Shown here one piece after another: positions 19,567-27,349 of a stretch of 64,000 bases of DNA (position 1 is the first letter of the stretch; the number at the start of each line of letters is the position of its first letter). Made by a program: the position numbers and the translations under genes. The notes under the pieces are model-generated. The model worked only from the letters and a program-made list of their open reading frames with translations. It made no database searches and had not been told where the DNA came from. Location of the stretch: contig CP070751.1 of the NCBI GenBank assembly GCA_020348445.1, positions 4,956,303 through 5,020,302 of the forward strand, in the 5' to 3' direction. This stretch comes from Thermoplasmata archaeon (GTDB lineage Archaea > Thermoplasmatota > Thermoplasmata > GCA-020350865).

Positions 19567-20865
19567 ATGAATAGAAAAATCATTGCAGTCCTTGCATTGA
19601 TTGCATGTATAATATTGATAATTGCAGGTTTCTATGTCGTATACAATCCATCATCCGATAAAGAAGAAGAAAATGATAGCAACGGCAACCAACAAAATAA
19701 TGGCGATGATCCTTCTTCAAATGAAAATGAAGAACCCCCGGAAACCAATGCGGGCCCCTGGCCAATGTATCTTTTTGGCCCTGATCATCAGAGCTTCACA
19801 ACAGAATCAGGTCCTGAAACAAAAGATCTTCTGTGGTCAGAAGCAACAGGTGGCATAACATACGGCTCAGCAATTGTTGCAGAAGGCAAGGTCTTTATCG
19901 GAGGAGGGGACGGCATGAACGCATACTACGAAAACAATGGAACCCTTGCCTGGCGCTTTGAAACCTATGAGCCGGTCCCGGGAGGTTATGGTATCTCCTC
20001 GACACCTGCATATTCCAATGGGTTCGTATATTTTGGCGGGGATGGGATATACTGTCTCAGCCCAGATGATGGTACAGTGGAATGGTTTGTGGACACTCCT
20101 GCCCAGAACTGGGGGGACGGCACCCCAACTGTAGCAAACGGTAATGTATATATCGGAGGAAGTGACAGAAAACTCTATTCCATAGACCAGTACACTGGGG
20201 AGGTACATTGGACCTTTCAGACCCAATCCTCAGGTCAGTCCAACTATGGATTGTACGCAGCACCGGCCGTTGCTAACGGTTATGTTTATCTTTCGGCGTG
20301 CGACAGCAATCTGTACAAAATACGAGAGATCCAATCCTCAGAAGTTGCAGTTGCACAAAACACGTTTCAGATGGCTTTTGCCTCCTATTCTGCTCCTGTG
20401 ATCGTAGATGACAGGGTTTTTGTGGGCTGTGGATATACAGATACCAATATCGTGAACCGTTTCTACTGCCTTGACGAATCAGATCTCTCTCTTATCTGGG
20501 CCTTCAATCCCACTGCACCTTCCAGCTTTTTCTCGTCTGCAGGATACTACAATAACAGAATATATATCGGTTCACTTGATGGAAATCTATACTGCTTTGA
20601 TTCTGATGGGAATCTTCCCACAATTATAGATCAGTACGACTTGGGTAGTACATGGTCGTCTCCTGCTATTACAAGCGAAAGAATGTATATAGGTTCAAAG
20701 GAAGGTTACGTATACTGCTTCGACCTGTCAACGACCCAGGCGTTAAGTTACCTGTGGCAATACGATACATCTGGTAATGTGGATTCAACTCCTGCGATAT
20801 CAGGTGGAAGACTTTACATAGGTTCTCATGGAAACGGTGGGAGTGTATTTTGTTTAGGAAGCTGA
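19567..20865 (+). CDS. Membrane-anchored PQQ-like (BamB-type) beta-propeller repeat protein
   Basis: N-terminal TM and an acidic linker. Recurrent 'A.G.VY[IF]G..DG.LY[CAS][LIF]D..[DT]G...W.F' units, e.g. 'ANGNVYIGGSDRKLYSIDQYTGEVHWTF'. Confidence 0.75.
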   Translation: MNRKIIAVLALIACIILIIAGFYVVYNPSSDKEEENDSNGNQQNNGDDPSSNENEEPPETNAGPWPMYLFGPDHQSFTTESGPETKDLLWSEATGGITYGSAIVAEGKVFIGGGDGMNAYYENNGTLAWRFETYEPVPGGYGISSTPAYSNGFVYFGGDGIYCLSPDDGTVEWFVDTPAQNWGDGTPTVANGNVYIGGSDRKLYSIDQYTGEVHWTFQTQSSGQSNYGLYAAPAVANGYVYLSACDSNLYKIREIQSSEVAVAQNTFQMAFASYSAPVIVDDRVFVGCGYTDTNIVNRFYCLDESDLSLIWAFNPTAPSSFFSSAGYYNNRIYIGSLDGNLYCFDSDGNLPTIIDQYDLGSTWSSPAITSERMYIGSKEGYVYCFDLSTTQALSYLWQYDTSGNVDSTPAISGGRLYIGSHGNGGSVFCLGS

Positions 20866-21139
20866 ATCATTTATCTTGTAATCAATATCCAACAAGCAAA
20901 CTGTGGGATTTGTGGCAAAAGAATTTTTGAGTGCCATTGCAACACATTTTAAATTTGTATGAGATTTGTATATCATTTTCAAAAAATCTAGAAATTAATG
21001 CCCTTCCTGAAAAACTAGGATAGCACTTCTCCCTTCTAAATCCATTACAATATCAGATTTGTCGAATATCGCACAATCCAATCCGATAGTCGCATAAGAT
21101 TTATATTCTCCATTCCATATAGGTTGGACAATAGGAGAT

Positions 21140-22453
21140 ATGGTTATGAGATTCAAATCCATAACATGGTTTGTGGGGCTTTCTGTCATATTATCTGTTG
21201 GACTCATACTTGCAACCGATTTGGTGATCCTAAATGCAGAAGGAGCTGAGCCGGATTTGTATTCAGAAGGGATCTGTGAGGAGTGTGATGAAGAGGATAA
21301 CATAAACTTTGACTTCGAAGTTATTTTTCAGGACGATGATGGTGATCCACAAGATGTTATTCTTTTCCTCAATGATGTGGAACATCCAATGGATCCAGAT
21401 CCATATGGGGATCCCGTGGAAGGGCAATACTTCTATGCCTCTTTCGAAGCATCAACCATCCATGATAATGATGAGTTCTATTATTATGCGGAGGATACCA
21501 CAGGTAATTTCGTGTACCTTGGTAATAGTGATGAGCCATTTTATGTGGGGGATTATTTGGGATGGGGTGAAAAACCGGTTATATCAAATCCCTACATTTA
21601 TTATGATGATGATACTAAGGATTATGTTTTTAATGTGACCTACCATGACGTGGAAGGCGATGAAGGATCTCTGACACTTTATCTCGATAATGAAACCAAT
21701 TATCGTGAATACGTGATGAATCCTACGGGAGGTAACCCAATTACGGGACAGAACTTCCAGGTCTCGGTTCCTGATTCAGAAATTAATGAGGATTGGGAAT
21801 TCTATATCGGGGCTGAAGACTCCAACGGCAGTTATGCATATCTGTACGACCCGAATGGAGATTACTTTGAAGTAAGGGATGTAATTGGACCGAAAGTGCC
21901 AGGAGATGGGGATGGTGGAGGAGATGAGGGGGGCGGGGATAAAGGTTTTGCGCTTCCCGAATTCCTAAACAATGCAGAGGTGATTGTTGGTATCATTGGT
22001 CTTGTGGCTTTGGGAGGCGGCTCTGCATATGGAGTTTGGAGAAGGAAAAAGAAACACGGGCGGTTCTCTGAGCTCTTGACACAGTTGGACGAGGTATACG
22101 GATCCTTTAAGTTGAATCCAAAAAGATGCGAGTTAGAACTTGAGAAGATGAAGGTCACGATCAACGAAGATCTTAAGAAAAACACGATTGACCAGAACAA
22201 TTATTCCATCCTTAAAACACGCATCGATGAGATAATGGGGGAAATCAGGAGTGAAACCATCAAATCCGAGGTTTCAGAGCTTCCAAAGGATATAGAGATT
22301 AAGATCAAGGACATGCTCATAGATGGTGAGATAACAAGGAAGGAATACGACAAGATTTTACCCATTATAAAAGGTTCCGACATGGCCACCGATGACAAGG
22401 AAAAGATGAAGAAGATGGTGGAGTCCTGGGTAAAAGAGGATCAATCCAAGTAG
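21140..22453 (+). CDS. Single-pass membrane protein: duplicated acidic extracytoplasmic domain, Gly-rich linker, TM, cytoplasmic coiled-coil tail
   Basis: Signal/TM 'ITWFVGLSVILSVGLILA'. Two related units ('FEVIFQDDDGDPQDVILFLNDVEH...EFYYYAEDTTGNFVYL' and 'FNVTYHDVEGDEGSLTLYLDNETN...EFYIGAEDSNGSYAYL'). Second TM 'VIVGIIGLVALGGGSAYGVW'. The tail has SHOCT-like 'GEITRKEYDKILPII'. Confidence 0.55.
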   Translation: MVMRFKSITWFVGLSVILSVGLILATDLVILNAEGAEPDLYSEGICEECDEEDNINFDFEVIFQDDDGDPQDVILFLNDVEHPMDPDPYGDPVEGQYFYASFEASTIHDNDEFYYYAEDTTGNFVYLGNSDEPFYVGDYLGWGEKPVISNPYIYYDDDTKDYVFNVTYHDVEGDEGSLTLYLDNETNYREYVMNPTGGNPITGQNFQVSVPDSEINEDWEFYIGAEDSNGSYAYLYDPNGDYFEVRDVIGPKVPGDGDGGGDEGGGDKGFALPEFLNNAEVIVGIIGLVALGGGSAYGVWRRKKKHGRFSELLTQLDEVYGSFKLNPKRCELELEKMKVTINEDLKKNTIDQNNYSILKTRIDEIMGEIRSETIKSEVSELPKDIEIKIKDMLIDGEITRKEYDKILPIIKGSDMATDDKEKMKKMVESWVKEDQSK

Positions 22454-22507
22454 CCTCTAAAACATGCGGGTCTCAATAAACGATCAGAAGGGCATTTAAT
22501 AAAAAAA

Positions 22508-23305
22508 TCAGTTCACATATTCCAATGACCACACATCAGTTACTCCAGTATAATGAATCCAAAGACCCTGCCCTGGCTTTAATAGATTGAGATTATCAAG
22601 AGAATAGGAACCAGGATCCCAGCTTTCCCATATTCCCGAACTCGCATTGTACCACATAACCATGTCCACTTCTGCAGGCAAATCCGAGGAATCTGGCAGT
22701 CTTTTAAGAAGGGAAGGATAACCTACTAGATTCCAGCCATTATTTAACGTGATCTGGTTGACATATCCGATATCAGGTGCAGTGCCGTGGACATATAGGG
22801 TGGTTCCCAGGGGATTGGTTATGTGAATCCACAATCCCATGTGTTTGTCAGCGTCTGTTAAATCGTTTAGCGAGGATGGCTTTGAGGTATGATTGTGTTT
22901 CCAGGTATCGACAGAGTCGGTAGTATCAAACCACTGAACAGCGTTATAATTTCCCGATATGTTCTCCAACGCCTTCCCTAGATTAGTATCGGTCTGATTT
23001 AGAGGCAAAGAGATCAAGTTCCAGCCGGGCTCCAAATCTATTGAATATTTTGTAGTGAATGTAAAATCGGAACTTATGCTATAATTACCTGAATTATTGT
23101 ATGAACTCACTCGAAAATGATAAAGCCTTCCAGGTTCTAATCCCATCAAATTTATATTATGTGAGATCACTTTAGAACCGTCATAAATAGTTGAGCCATA
23201 TGCTGTGGAAAAACCGTATTCAACTGTGCTGTTAGATGGCATATTGCTTTTCCAGGATATTGTTGCCGTGATATCTGAAATTTCTTTTGCTCGAATATCG
23301 AAGAT
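22508..23305 (-). repeat. Conserved FN3 + C-terminal-domain cassette, copy D
   Basis: See 9606-10403. The 183-aa domain differs from copy B at 23 positions by my count. Confidence 0.85.
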
Positions 23306-24625
23306 TCCAAAAGGATTTGTCCCATCATAGCGTTGCGCATAAACTCCTGAGCCATGTCCATCATGATCCGGTCCCCATGATACCCATGCTATGATAAAAT
23401 TGCCGTTTGGATCTGTTGCTACAGAGGATATATATTGATTGTCTGTTGTGTGTGTATTCACCTGAAATTCTCCTCCAAATGGATTTGCATTGCTATCGTA
23501 TTTTTGTGCATAAACTCCCCAATCGCTTCCATCCTGATACTGTGATTCCCAGGTAATAATAAAGTTACCGTTTGAATCCATTGCTGCTGATGGAAACCGT
23601 TGATTATTTGGGGTATATGAATTCACTTGAAATTCCTCACCTATTGTATTGCCATTGTTATCATATCGCTGAGCATAAATTCCTTCGCCGCTTCCATCCT
23701 GACCTGACGAATCCCATGTAATCATGAAGTTACCGTTTGGATCCATAGCTGCCGATGGAAATTTTTGATCATTTGTTATGTATGTATTCACCTGAAACTC
23801 AACACCCAGAGGATTACCATTTTTATCATAACGTTGGGCAAAAATCCCATAACCATCACCGTCCTGCTCCTCAGATGTCCATACGATAACAAAGTTACCA
23901 TTTGAATCCATTGCTATTGATGGCCAAGCTTGCCCTGCGGTCGTGTAGGTATTCACCTGAAACTCTACACCCAGAGGATTGCCGTTGCTATCATAACGCT
24001 GTGCAAAAATCCCATAACTATCACCATCTTGGTCGTCTGATATCCATGTAATGACAAAGTTGCTATTCGAATCCATAGCTACCGAAGGAAACCATTGGTG
24101 GCCGGTTATGTATGTGTTCACCCTAAACTCTTCTCCTAGGGGATTTCCGCTATTATCGTAGCGCTGTGCATAAATCTCCCATTCATTTCCACCTTGCCCA
24201 TAGGATTGCCAAGTAATCACAAAGTCACCACTTGAGTTCATGGCTATGGAGTGGGTACTTTGACTACTAGTTGTGTAGGTGTTGATTCGAAATTCGTTAC
24301 CTTCCTCTCCCCCTCTTAAAGCGCCTGGAGGAGGGGTAAGTTCATTACCATTTGAATCGTATCGCTTGGCAAATATTCCCAACATATCACCATCTTGCCA
24401 TTGTGAAGACCAGGTAATTATAAAATTACCGTTAGAGTCCATAGCTGTTGATGGAAGAGATTGCTCATATGTTATGTAAGTATTCACTTGAAACTCCCCC
24501 CCTACAGGTTCTCCCCTATTTGTAATGGTTATCATGAATGTAGAAAGTGTTGTGATAATGAATAGAACAGCAATAGGTATTACCCACAATTTTGTTCTCT
24601 TGGTTCTACCTTCCTTTACTAACAT
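22508..24625 (-). CDS. Secreted/surface protein, 7-blade 'FxVNTYT' propeller + FN3 + conserved C-terminal domain (paralogue D)
   Basis: Seven repeats counted. The conserved start context 'GGGTAAAAATG' favours the ATG at 24625 ('MLVKEGRTK'); the ORF could extend to the ATG at 24646. Confidence 0.8.
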   Translation of the reverse strand: MLVKEGRTKRTKLWVIPIAVLFIITTLSTFMITITNRGEPVGGEFQVNTYITYEQSLPSTAMDSNGNFIITWSSQWQDGDMLGIFAKRYDSNGNELTPPPGALRGGEEGNEFRINTYTTSSQSTHSIAMNSSGDFVITWQSYGQGGNEWEIYAQRYDNSGNPLGEEFRVNTYITGHQWFPSVAMDSNSNFVITWISDDQDGDSYGIFAQRYDSNGNPLGVEFQVNTYTTAGQAWPSIAMDSNGNFVIVWTSEEQDGDGYGIFAQRYDKNGNPLGVEFQVNTYITNDQKFPSAAMDPNGNFMITWDSSGQDGSGEGIYAQRYDNNGNTIGEEFQVNSYTPNNQRFPSAAMDSNGNFIITWESQYQDGSDWGVYAQKYDSNANPFGGEFQVNTHTTDNQYISSVATDPNGNFIIAWVSWGPDHDGHGSGVYAQRYDGTNPFGIFDIRAKEISDITATISWKSNMPSNSTVEYGFSTAYGSTIYDGSKVISHNINLMGLEPGRLYHFRVSSYNNSGNYSISSDFTFTTKYSIDLEPGWNLISLPLNQTDTNLGKALENISGNYNAVQWFDTTDSVDTWKHNHTSKPSSLNDLTDADKHMGLWIHITNPLGTTLYVHGTAPDIGYVNQITLNNGWNLVGYPSLLKRLPDSSDLPAEVDMVMWYNASSGIWESWDPGSYSLDNLNLLKPGQGLWIHYTGVTDVWSLEYVN

Positions 24626-24655
24626 TTTTACCCTTCCATACCTCATCGAGATTCA

Positions 24656-24743
24656 TAACCTAAAGTTTTCGGTGTACAGTTATCTCTCTTCGGATTTTAT
24701 GGGATATCCCGGGGATATCCCCAAGAACCTTAATATTCGTTAA
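24656..24743 (+). repeat. Degenerate methyltransferase 3'-end repeat, copy 6 (upstream region of paralogue D)
   Basis: 'NLKFSVY' is identical to copy 4, and 'CCAAGAACCTTA' echoes 'CCAAGAAATTTA'. It ends in an in-frame stop at 24741-24743. Confidence 0.4.
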
Positions 24744-24784
24744 TTCAAATTATTATTGTTTGGACTAAAAAAGGATTGATCAAC

Positions 24785-24949
24785 ATGAAGAATAGAGAAA
24801 GGGAACATAAGAAGTTAATGAAAAACAGAGAAAAGAAAATAAGGAAGTTAATGAGAGAGACCAAATGGGGACGGGAAGAGGCTGAAAAATGGGTTATTTA
24901 TACCGAATCTGTTGATATGAAGGCTCTCAGGAAAAAGAAAAACTCATAA
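24785..24949 (+). CDS. Possible small basic protein (54 aa)
   Basis: 'MKNREREHKKLMKNREKKIRKLMRETKWGREEAEKWVIYTESVDMKALRKKKNS'. It falls below the ORF-track cutoff and lies alone in a 480-nt intergenic region. No family recognised. Confidence 0.2.
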   Translation: MKNREREHKKLMKNREKKIRKLMRETKWGREEAEKWVIYTESVDMKALRKKKNS

Positions 24950-25230
24950 TTATCGCCTTAAAATACCAAAAACCTGTTCAAATGGTCTTTGGATTAGATC
25001 TAATTTCGTCTTCTTGCCCAGATGGAGCAATAAACCAGCGGGATGAAACAGCAAAACCGCTTCCCAAATCCTATAGCAAAAGAACTCTAAACCAAATCAG
25101 AACGATTAATTCCAAAACCCATTTCGGTTGATAGAATGAAATGAAGCTCAACCCCTTCTCTCAATCACAATTTCTTATTGGGAACATTACTTAAACTCAT
25201 ATGGTATTCATACAAAAAAAGTGATTTCAT

Positions 25231-25953
25231 ATGAGTGAGCAAATACGCAAAGATGAGTTCAGAAAGTTACTTGCACGTCAGGCAAAATTAATTAAACCTG
25301 CAAGAGACTGGCTGCTCTCAACAAAGCTGAACTTTCCTTTTTCAAGTGTATTGGAGGTAGGCTGTGGCTGCGGTGATGTGTTGCATGAACTTGGTGAGGA
25401 TAAATGGTCCGTGGGTTTGGATATCGAATTAGAGCTTCTAAAGGAACTGAAAGCAGAAGGTGTTTTGGGGGATGGGCATTTTCTGCCTTTTCAAAATGGT
25501 TCTTTTGATCTTGTATACTGTCATTTTTCCATTATGTGGTTTTCTGATCCAGCTGCAGTTATTAGAGAGATGGCGAGGGTAGCAAAAAAGTCAATATGCT
25601 GTATGGCAGAGTACGATTATGGGGCCAGACTGGATTTTCCAGATGAATTCGGATATATCAGGGATAAGCTAGCCGAGGGAATTATCTCGGATGGAGGAGA
25701 TCCGTATGCTGGAAGAAAATTAAATCAGTATTTCAAAGAAGCCAACTTGGAAGCTGATGTGGGTGCTTACTGTCATGTGATGGATTCCCAGCAACTTCTT
25801 GCTGGATTTGAGGATGAATGGAGCTTTATTCAAGAATTTACGGACATGGATCCAGGTAAAATGGATGACCTTAAAAAAAGTGAATTTGAATCAATCTCCT
25901 CAGGGACTCGCTTTCTATTCACTCCTGTTTTTTACGCTATAGCTAGAAAATAG
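25231..25953 (+). CDS. Class I SAM-dependent methyltransferase
   Basis: Motif I 'VLEVGCGCGDVL', 'GLDIE', and post-II 'FDLVYCHFSIMW'. Confidence 0.8.
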   Translation: MSEQIRKDEFRKLLARQAKLIKPARDWLLSTKLNFPFSSVLEVGCGCGDVLHELGEDKWSVGLDIELELLKELKAEGVLGDGHFLPFQNGSFDLVYCHFSIMWFSDPAAVIREMARVAKKSICCMAEYDYGARLDFPDEFGYIRDKLAEGIISDGGDPYAGRKLNQYFKEANLEADVGAYCHVMDSQQLLAGFEDEWSFIQEFTDMDPGKMDDLKKSEFESISSGTRFLFTPVFYAIARK

Positions 25954-25987
25954 TAACTTATGAATTGGTATTATGGGGGGATTAACT

Positions 25988-27349
25988 CTAGGTGCTTGAA
26001 AAACCCTCAGTACAAAGATAGTCGCCCGCTTCTATACTCAATGGACATCCGCCACCGCAGAGTCCAAGTAATTCGCAATCTCCACATTTTTCGGGAAGAT
26101 GTGCACGGGATCTGATATCGGCACATAACGGAGCCTGCCATATCTTTTCCCAGGGGTCCTTTAAAATGTTACCCAATGGCTTGTAATAGGATTGACAGGG
26201 CAGAACATCACCGTTGGGCTCGCATGCCAGATTGATTGAGCAGGCCGTGCAATTTCTAATTCCAAGATCCAGGTTAATTGGATTTAGCTCGCAATATGGT
26301 GTTGGTGTGTACCAGACAAAATCTATACCATTAGCCTCGGTAAATTGTTTTACCTCATTTAAAAGAGTTTTCAATTCCTCGAAAGAAACTGTCTTGGCAT
26401 TTTTACCTGCGCCTGCGCGAATAAGTGAATTGCAGGCGATATTTTTTACACCTAATTCATGAAGGAATTTTACGGTATACAGAATCTCTTCGAAGTTGTC
26501 CTTCATGATCGTGGTGTTCGTGGATACGTACACATCTTCTTTTATTACCGTCTTCAGCCCGGCTATGGTTTCTTCCCAAGCTCCTTCGTCTGAGACTATT
26601 TTATCATGCGTTGCGGAATTATGCGATTCCACTGTGATTTGTACATGGTCCAGGCCTAACTCGATAAGCTCTTTTAGGTAACCTGGTTTGGAGAGTTTCC
26701 TGCCATTTGTCACAAGGCCGGTTATTTGACCATTGTCTTCGGATTTTGCAATCAGTTCAGGGAGGTCTTCTCTAAGTGTGGATTCACCCCCAGTAAAAAC
26801 GATATGGGGTATGCCGTAATCCCACATCTTATCCAGCGCCGTCTTCCATTGCTCGGTTTTTAATTCTTCTTTTACCCTGTCCTCGTTGTAGCAGTGGATG
26901 CATTTGTTCTGACATTTATAGGTCAAGGCTATATCCATTCTAAAGGGGGCAGGAAGCGCTAAATCGCGGCTGTCATAGGGCTTAAATTCGATATCCAGCT
27001 CAATTTCGTGCTTTCCTTTTGTAAGGCCGAGAAGTTTTTTTCTGATGATTTTGTGATCTGATTCCAGCTTGTCCTTATCCGCCTTTCTGTAGCGTTTTTT
27101 GAACTCCCTGACCATTTCCTCGGAACTTCTGTTTTCAATACAATATTTTGCATGTTCAACTGCCGTGCCATTTAGATATATCATCTTGGAGGCATCCATT
27201 ATCAAAACGCCTGATCCTGAGTCATCAACCCTAAGATGGAACCTGTGCCCCGAAAATTCGCCTTGTCCGTCAAACTTGTGGATTCCAGGAGCAATCAAAG
27301 GTTTAGGGCTAAAAATCCCCTTTAAAAATCCTTGCGATTCCCCCTTCAC
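25988..27349 (-). CDS. Radical SAM/SPASM-domain enzyme with PqqD-like (RRE-like) N-terminal domain
   Basis: Radical SAM cluster 'CQNKCIHC' (CxxxCxxC). SPASM region 'CTACSINLACEPNGDVLPC' and 'CGDCELLGLCGGGCP' (Cx2Cx5Cx3C). The N-terminus 'LNGTAVEHAKYCIENRSSEEMVREFKKRY...DKLESDHKIIRKKL' resembles PqqD. The preferred start is the GTG at 27349, overlapping the upstream TAG stop and preceded by 'GGGGGTGGAAGG'. The ORF track's TTG at 27394 is an alternative. Confidence 0.85.
   Translation of the reverse strand: MKGESQGFLKGIFSPKPLIAPGIHKFDGQGEFSGHRFHLRVDDSGSGVLIMDASKMIYLNGTAVEHAKYCIENRSSEEMVREFKKRYRKADKDKLESDHKIIRKKLLGLTKGKHEIELDIEFKPYDSRDLALPAPFRMDIALTYKCQNKCIHCYNEDRVKEELKTEQWKTALDKMWDYGIPHIVFTGGESTLREDLPELIAKSEDNGQITGLVTNGRKLSKPGYLKELIELGLDHVQITVESHNSATHDKIVSDEGAWEETIAGLKTVIKEDVYVSTNTTIMKDNFEEILYTVKFLHELGVKNIACNSLIRAGAGKNAKTVSFEELKTLLNEVKQFTEANGIDFVWYTPTPYCELNPINLDLGIRNCTACSINLACEPNGDVLPCQSYYKPLGNILKDPWEKIWQAPLCADIRSRAHLPEKCGDCELLGLCGGGCPLSIEAGDYLCTEGFSST

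Noticed and set aside
20995-21303. 102-aa minus-strand ORF overlapping the start of 21140-22453
   Set aside because: It has no recognisable features and overlaps the signal-anchor-coding start of the better-supported plus-strand gene.
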